Below, in pieces: positions 61,177 through 64,000 of a stretch of 64,000 nt of DNA. Numbering within the stretch: the stretch's first letter is position 1; each line of letters begins with the position of its first letter. The position numbers were made by a program, and so were the translations under genes. The stretch lies in NCBI GenBank assembly GCA_963708075.1, contig OY970194.1:6720001-6784000 (forward strand). Reading direction: 5' to 3'. This DNA comes from Sedimentisphaerales bacterium (GTDB lineage: Bacteria > Planctomycetota > Phycisphaerae > Sedimentisphaerales > Anaerobacaceae). The notes below the pieces were generated by a model. It saw only the letters and a list, made by a program, of their open reading frames with translations, was not told the origin of the DNA and did not search any database.

Positions 61177-61509
61177 CGTTGTGGTCTCCAGAGAGTCAGA
61201 ATAAACCCTGATTATACAGAAGGAGGGTGGGATATCAAGGTCCCATTCACGTCCGTTTTGCCGTGCATTCCGGATGAGTGAATGGGCTTGCCAGGCTCTG
61301 GTTGGGTCCAAGAGCAAGCTCTCGCTGGAAATACTACAGTTGCACGCAGAATTTTGTTGCACGGGTGATATTTTGTATACTTTGAGAAACGGAGGGCTCC
61401 CCCGTGGCAGCCCTTTGGAGGGTATCAAACACAAGAACTGTCGGAACGGTTGGGAGGAATTTGTATGCATGGGGTCGGAAGCATAACGAATCCGGAAGGA
61501 GCAACCCAC

Positions 61510-61806
61510 ATGGCATCCAAGCAAAACGACTCACCGTCTGCACCCGGCGCTCTGGCCGCCGGCAGGGAAGAGATCGCCAAGGCCCTCGGCAATACCGGCT
61601 TTGTTCACATGGTCGGGCCATCGAGCGAGAACTTCCAGACCTATCTCAGTCGCGAGCCATTTGAAATCGAGGTCGGAGAACTCAAGCCGGGCATGCTGGT
61701 GGAACTGGCAGAGTGGGTAACCAGGGAGTTCTCAGGAGACCCGGATGAAGTCCTGCAGATACAGGCGAACGTTGAACCTGAAAGGGCTGTGGCGCTGCTC
61801 ACCTAG
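61510..61806 (+). CDS. Hypothetical protein (~98 aa)
   Basis: AAGGAG RBS before ATG 61510; plausible codon usage. Confidence 0.55.
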   Translation: MASKQNDSPSAPGALAAGREEIAKALGNTGFVHMVGPSSENFQTYLSREPFEIEVGELKPGMLVELAEWVTREFSGDPDEVLQIQANVEPERAVALLT

Positions 61807-61819
61807 CGGCCCGTCCTGG

Positions 61820-61849
61820 TTGCGGATTGATGATTTCGGATTTCGGATT
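61820..61849. repeat. Heptamer tandem repeat (GATTTCG-type)
   Basis: TTGCGGATTGATGATTTCGGATTTCGGATT; related units at ~32640-32694. Confidence 0.55.
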
Positions 61850-62148
61850 CGCGCCGCGTCCCAGAGCCACAATTCGCGATTGAGATGCCGGAGCTGACGT
61901 CTCCTATATCCCCAGCAATTTGTGCCGAATGTGCTCTTTCCCGAGGCATGATATACCGGGTCGGCCCACGGTTTTTCTCGTGGGGCGAGCGAGCATCCCC
62001 GCTCGCCTGACGCAGTCACACACACACCGGTGCCACACATGCAGCATTGCAGTTCCAGGCGACATATTGTATCCTGTTGCCGGCGGTGTTTCGCCGTGCA
62101 GGCATCATGCGATGCTGCAAAGCAGCGGGTACTGTAAGGAGGCATGAC

Positions 62149-64000
62149 ATGGCGTCGGGCATCTTCAGAGAGACAATCGTTCCGGTCCTTTTCGTGTGCT
62201 TGGTGGGTAAGATGAGCGTCGCGCAGACAACATGGGAGGTCAAGTCACCGGACGGTCGCGCTGCAATCTCAGTCAAGCTGATCGATCCCGGTCAAGCGGC
62301 GGACTACCCCGCAGGCAAGACACGGCTGTACTACGAAGTCAAGTACGACGGCACGGTCGTGTTGCCGCTGTCACCGCTGGGCATCACTCGCAAAGATCAA
62401 GACTTTGTGGATGCCGTTGGATTCCTAAGGGAGGAAGGACTGCGCAGCAGGTTTGAGGCCTATCCGATGATGCATGGCAAACGGAGGGCTTGTTCCTATG
62501 AAGCCAAGGAACGGACGCTGGTCTTCGGCAGTCCGCGGGGTGGCAACGTCGAATTGATCGTCCGGGCGCAGAACGGTGGCGTGGCCTTTCGCTACCGGTT
62601 CCCTGAGAGCAGCGGTGAAAAGTACGTCGTGACAAGCGAGGCGACCGGATTCCGGCTGCCGGAAGGTGGCAAGGTCTGGGCTCATCCCTATGACAGACCC
62701 AGCAAGTACACGCCGGCATATGAGACGTATTACGTTAACGGGGCGGCCGTGGGCACGCCTTCGAGCAGCGAGGCGGGCTGGGCGTTTCCGGTGCTCTTTT
62801 GCACGGCCGACCGCAGCCGATGGGGCCTGGTGACCGAAGCGGGGTTGGACGAGTCCTATTGCGGGTGCCGGTTGGAGCAGAACGCGCCGCAGGGTGTGTA
62901 CCGGATTCGATTTCCCGAGCCGGGTGATGGTGACGGCACGGGCGAGGTGGAACCCTCGTGGACCTTGCCTTGGGCGACGCCCTGGCGGGTGATCATGCTC
63001 GGTGACTCTCCGGCGGATATCGTCGAATCGACGCTCGTGACGGATGTCAGTCCGCCGTCTGTCGTGAAAGACACGAGTTGGATCAAGCCGGGGCGGGCCT
63101 CCTGGAGCTGGCTGTTCGATCACGACAGCCCGCAGGATTGCACGAAGCTCAAGGCCTGGGTCGATCTGGCGGCCCAGATGGGCTGGGAGTATTCGCTCGT
63201 GGACGCCAACTGGGACCGGATGAAGAACGGCACGATTCACGACCTGATCGCCTACGCCAACGGCAAGGGCGTCGGCCTGCTCCTGTGGTACAACTCCGGC
63301 GGTCCGCACAATCACGTCTCCGAGAAGCCTCGCGGCCTGATGGACAACAGAGAGATTCGCCGTGAGGAATTCGCCACGCTCAAGAAGTGGGGCATCAAGG
63401 GCGTCAAGGTCGATTTCTTCCAGAGCGACAAGCAGAACATCATCCAGTTATACCAGGAGATTCTGAAGGACGCCGCCGATTTCCAGATCATGGTCAACTT
63501 TCACGGCTGCACGCTGCCTCGCGGCTGGTCGCGGACCTATCCGCACCTGATGAGCATGGAGGCCGTCCGCGGTGAGGAGTGTTACAGCTTCGACCGCAAC
63601 TTCACAACCGAGGCCCCGATCCACAACGTGATCACCCCATTCACGCGGAACGCCGTCGGGCCGATGGACTACACGCCCGTGATGTTCCAGGACAACGTAT
63701 ACAAGCATCTGACAAGCTACAGCCACGAGCTGGCTCTGCCCATCATCTTCGAGTCCGGCTGGCTCCACTTCGCCGGCGGCCCCAAGGAGTACCTCGACCT
63801 GCCCGAAGCCCCGAAGGACTTCCTGAAGAGCGTTCCCGTAGCGTGGGATGAAACGCGTCTGCTGATGGGCGAGCCCGGCCAATTCCTCGTCCTGGCCCGC
63901 CGCCACGGCGAGCAGTGGTACATCGGCGGTATCAACGGCGAAAAGGCCGGCCGCGATGTCGATGTCCCGCTATCCTTCCTGGGCCAGAGCCGCTGCACCG
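62149..64000 (+). CDS. Glycoside hydrolase family 97 protein (runs off the window end; absent from the ORF track)
   Basis: AGGAGG RBS, signal peptide, SPDG, WIKPGRASWSW, GVKVDFF, NFHGCTLPRGWSRTYP, EAVRGEE, PFTR.AVGPMDYTP. Confidence 0.92.
   Translation, partial: MASGIFRETIVPVLFVCLVGKMSVAQTTWEVKSPDGRAAISVKLIDPGQAADYPAGKTRLYYEVKYDGTVVLPLSPLGITRKDQDFVDAVGFLREEGLRSRFEAYPMMHGKRRACSYEAKERTLVFGSPRGGNVELIVRAQNGGVAFRYRFPESSGEKYVVTSEATGFRLPEGGKVWAHPYDRPSKYTPAYETYYVNGAAVGTPSSSEAGWAFPVLFCTADRSRWGLVTEAGLDESYCGCRLEQNAPQGVYRIRFPEPGDGDGTGEVEPSWTLPWATPWRVIMLGDSPADIVESTLVTDVSPPSVVKDTSWIKPGRASWSWLFDHDSPQDCTKLKAWVDLAAQMGWEYSLVDANWDRMKNGTIHDLIAYANGKGVGLLLWYNSGGPHNHVSEKPRGLMDNREIRREEFATLKKWGIKGVKVDFFQSDKQNIIQLYQEILKDAADFQIMVNFHGCTLPRGWSRTYPHLMSMEAVRGEECYSFDRNFTTEAPIHNVITPFTRNAVGPMDYTPVMFQDNVYKHLTSYSHELALPIIFESGWLHFAGGPKEYLDLPEAPKDFLKSVPVAWDETRLLMGEPGQFLVLARRHGEQWYIGGINGEKAGRDVDVPLSFLGQSRCT

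Overview
GC-rich bacterial DNA whose gene content (ECF sigma factor/Ser-Thr kinase pair, DUF2617, dockerin/LamG secreted proteins, glyQS-type glycyl-tRNA synthetase) suggests an anaerobic planctomycete, probably Phycisphaerae/Sedimentisphaerales (inference). Many genes, including the essential glycyl-tRNA synthetase, carry single-base frameshifts, most likely long-read errors. The main structure is a ~43-kb segment bracketed by an 852-bp direct repeat of the 3' part of comM/yifB: an intact gene at 13992-15521 and a headless copy starting exactly at the Walker-A GKT codons at 57734-58585. This looks like a comM-targeted island that left comM intact, but no recombinase gene is visible. The segment holds (1) a kinase-WD40/ECF pair, a subtilase and a 2162-aa repeat surface protein; (2) a ~15-kb sigma54-type operon in which a three-part, rearranged glutamate-synthase-like enzyme sits inside metF/metV-hdrCBA-mvhD, next to an activator built from a degenerate KaiC-like domain, a NifA-like GAF and an AAA+ domain; and (3) two IS elements, gene relics and a metallophosphoesterase-GAF protein. 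The flanks carry ordinary genes, several palindromic/short-period repeat families and a promoter- and terminator-bounded small-RNA candidate. No rRNA, tRNA or CRISPR array was recognised.
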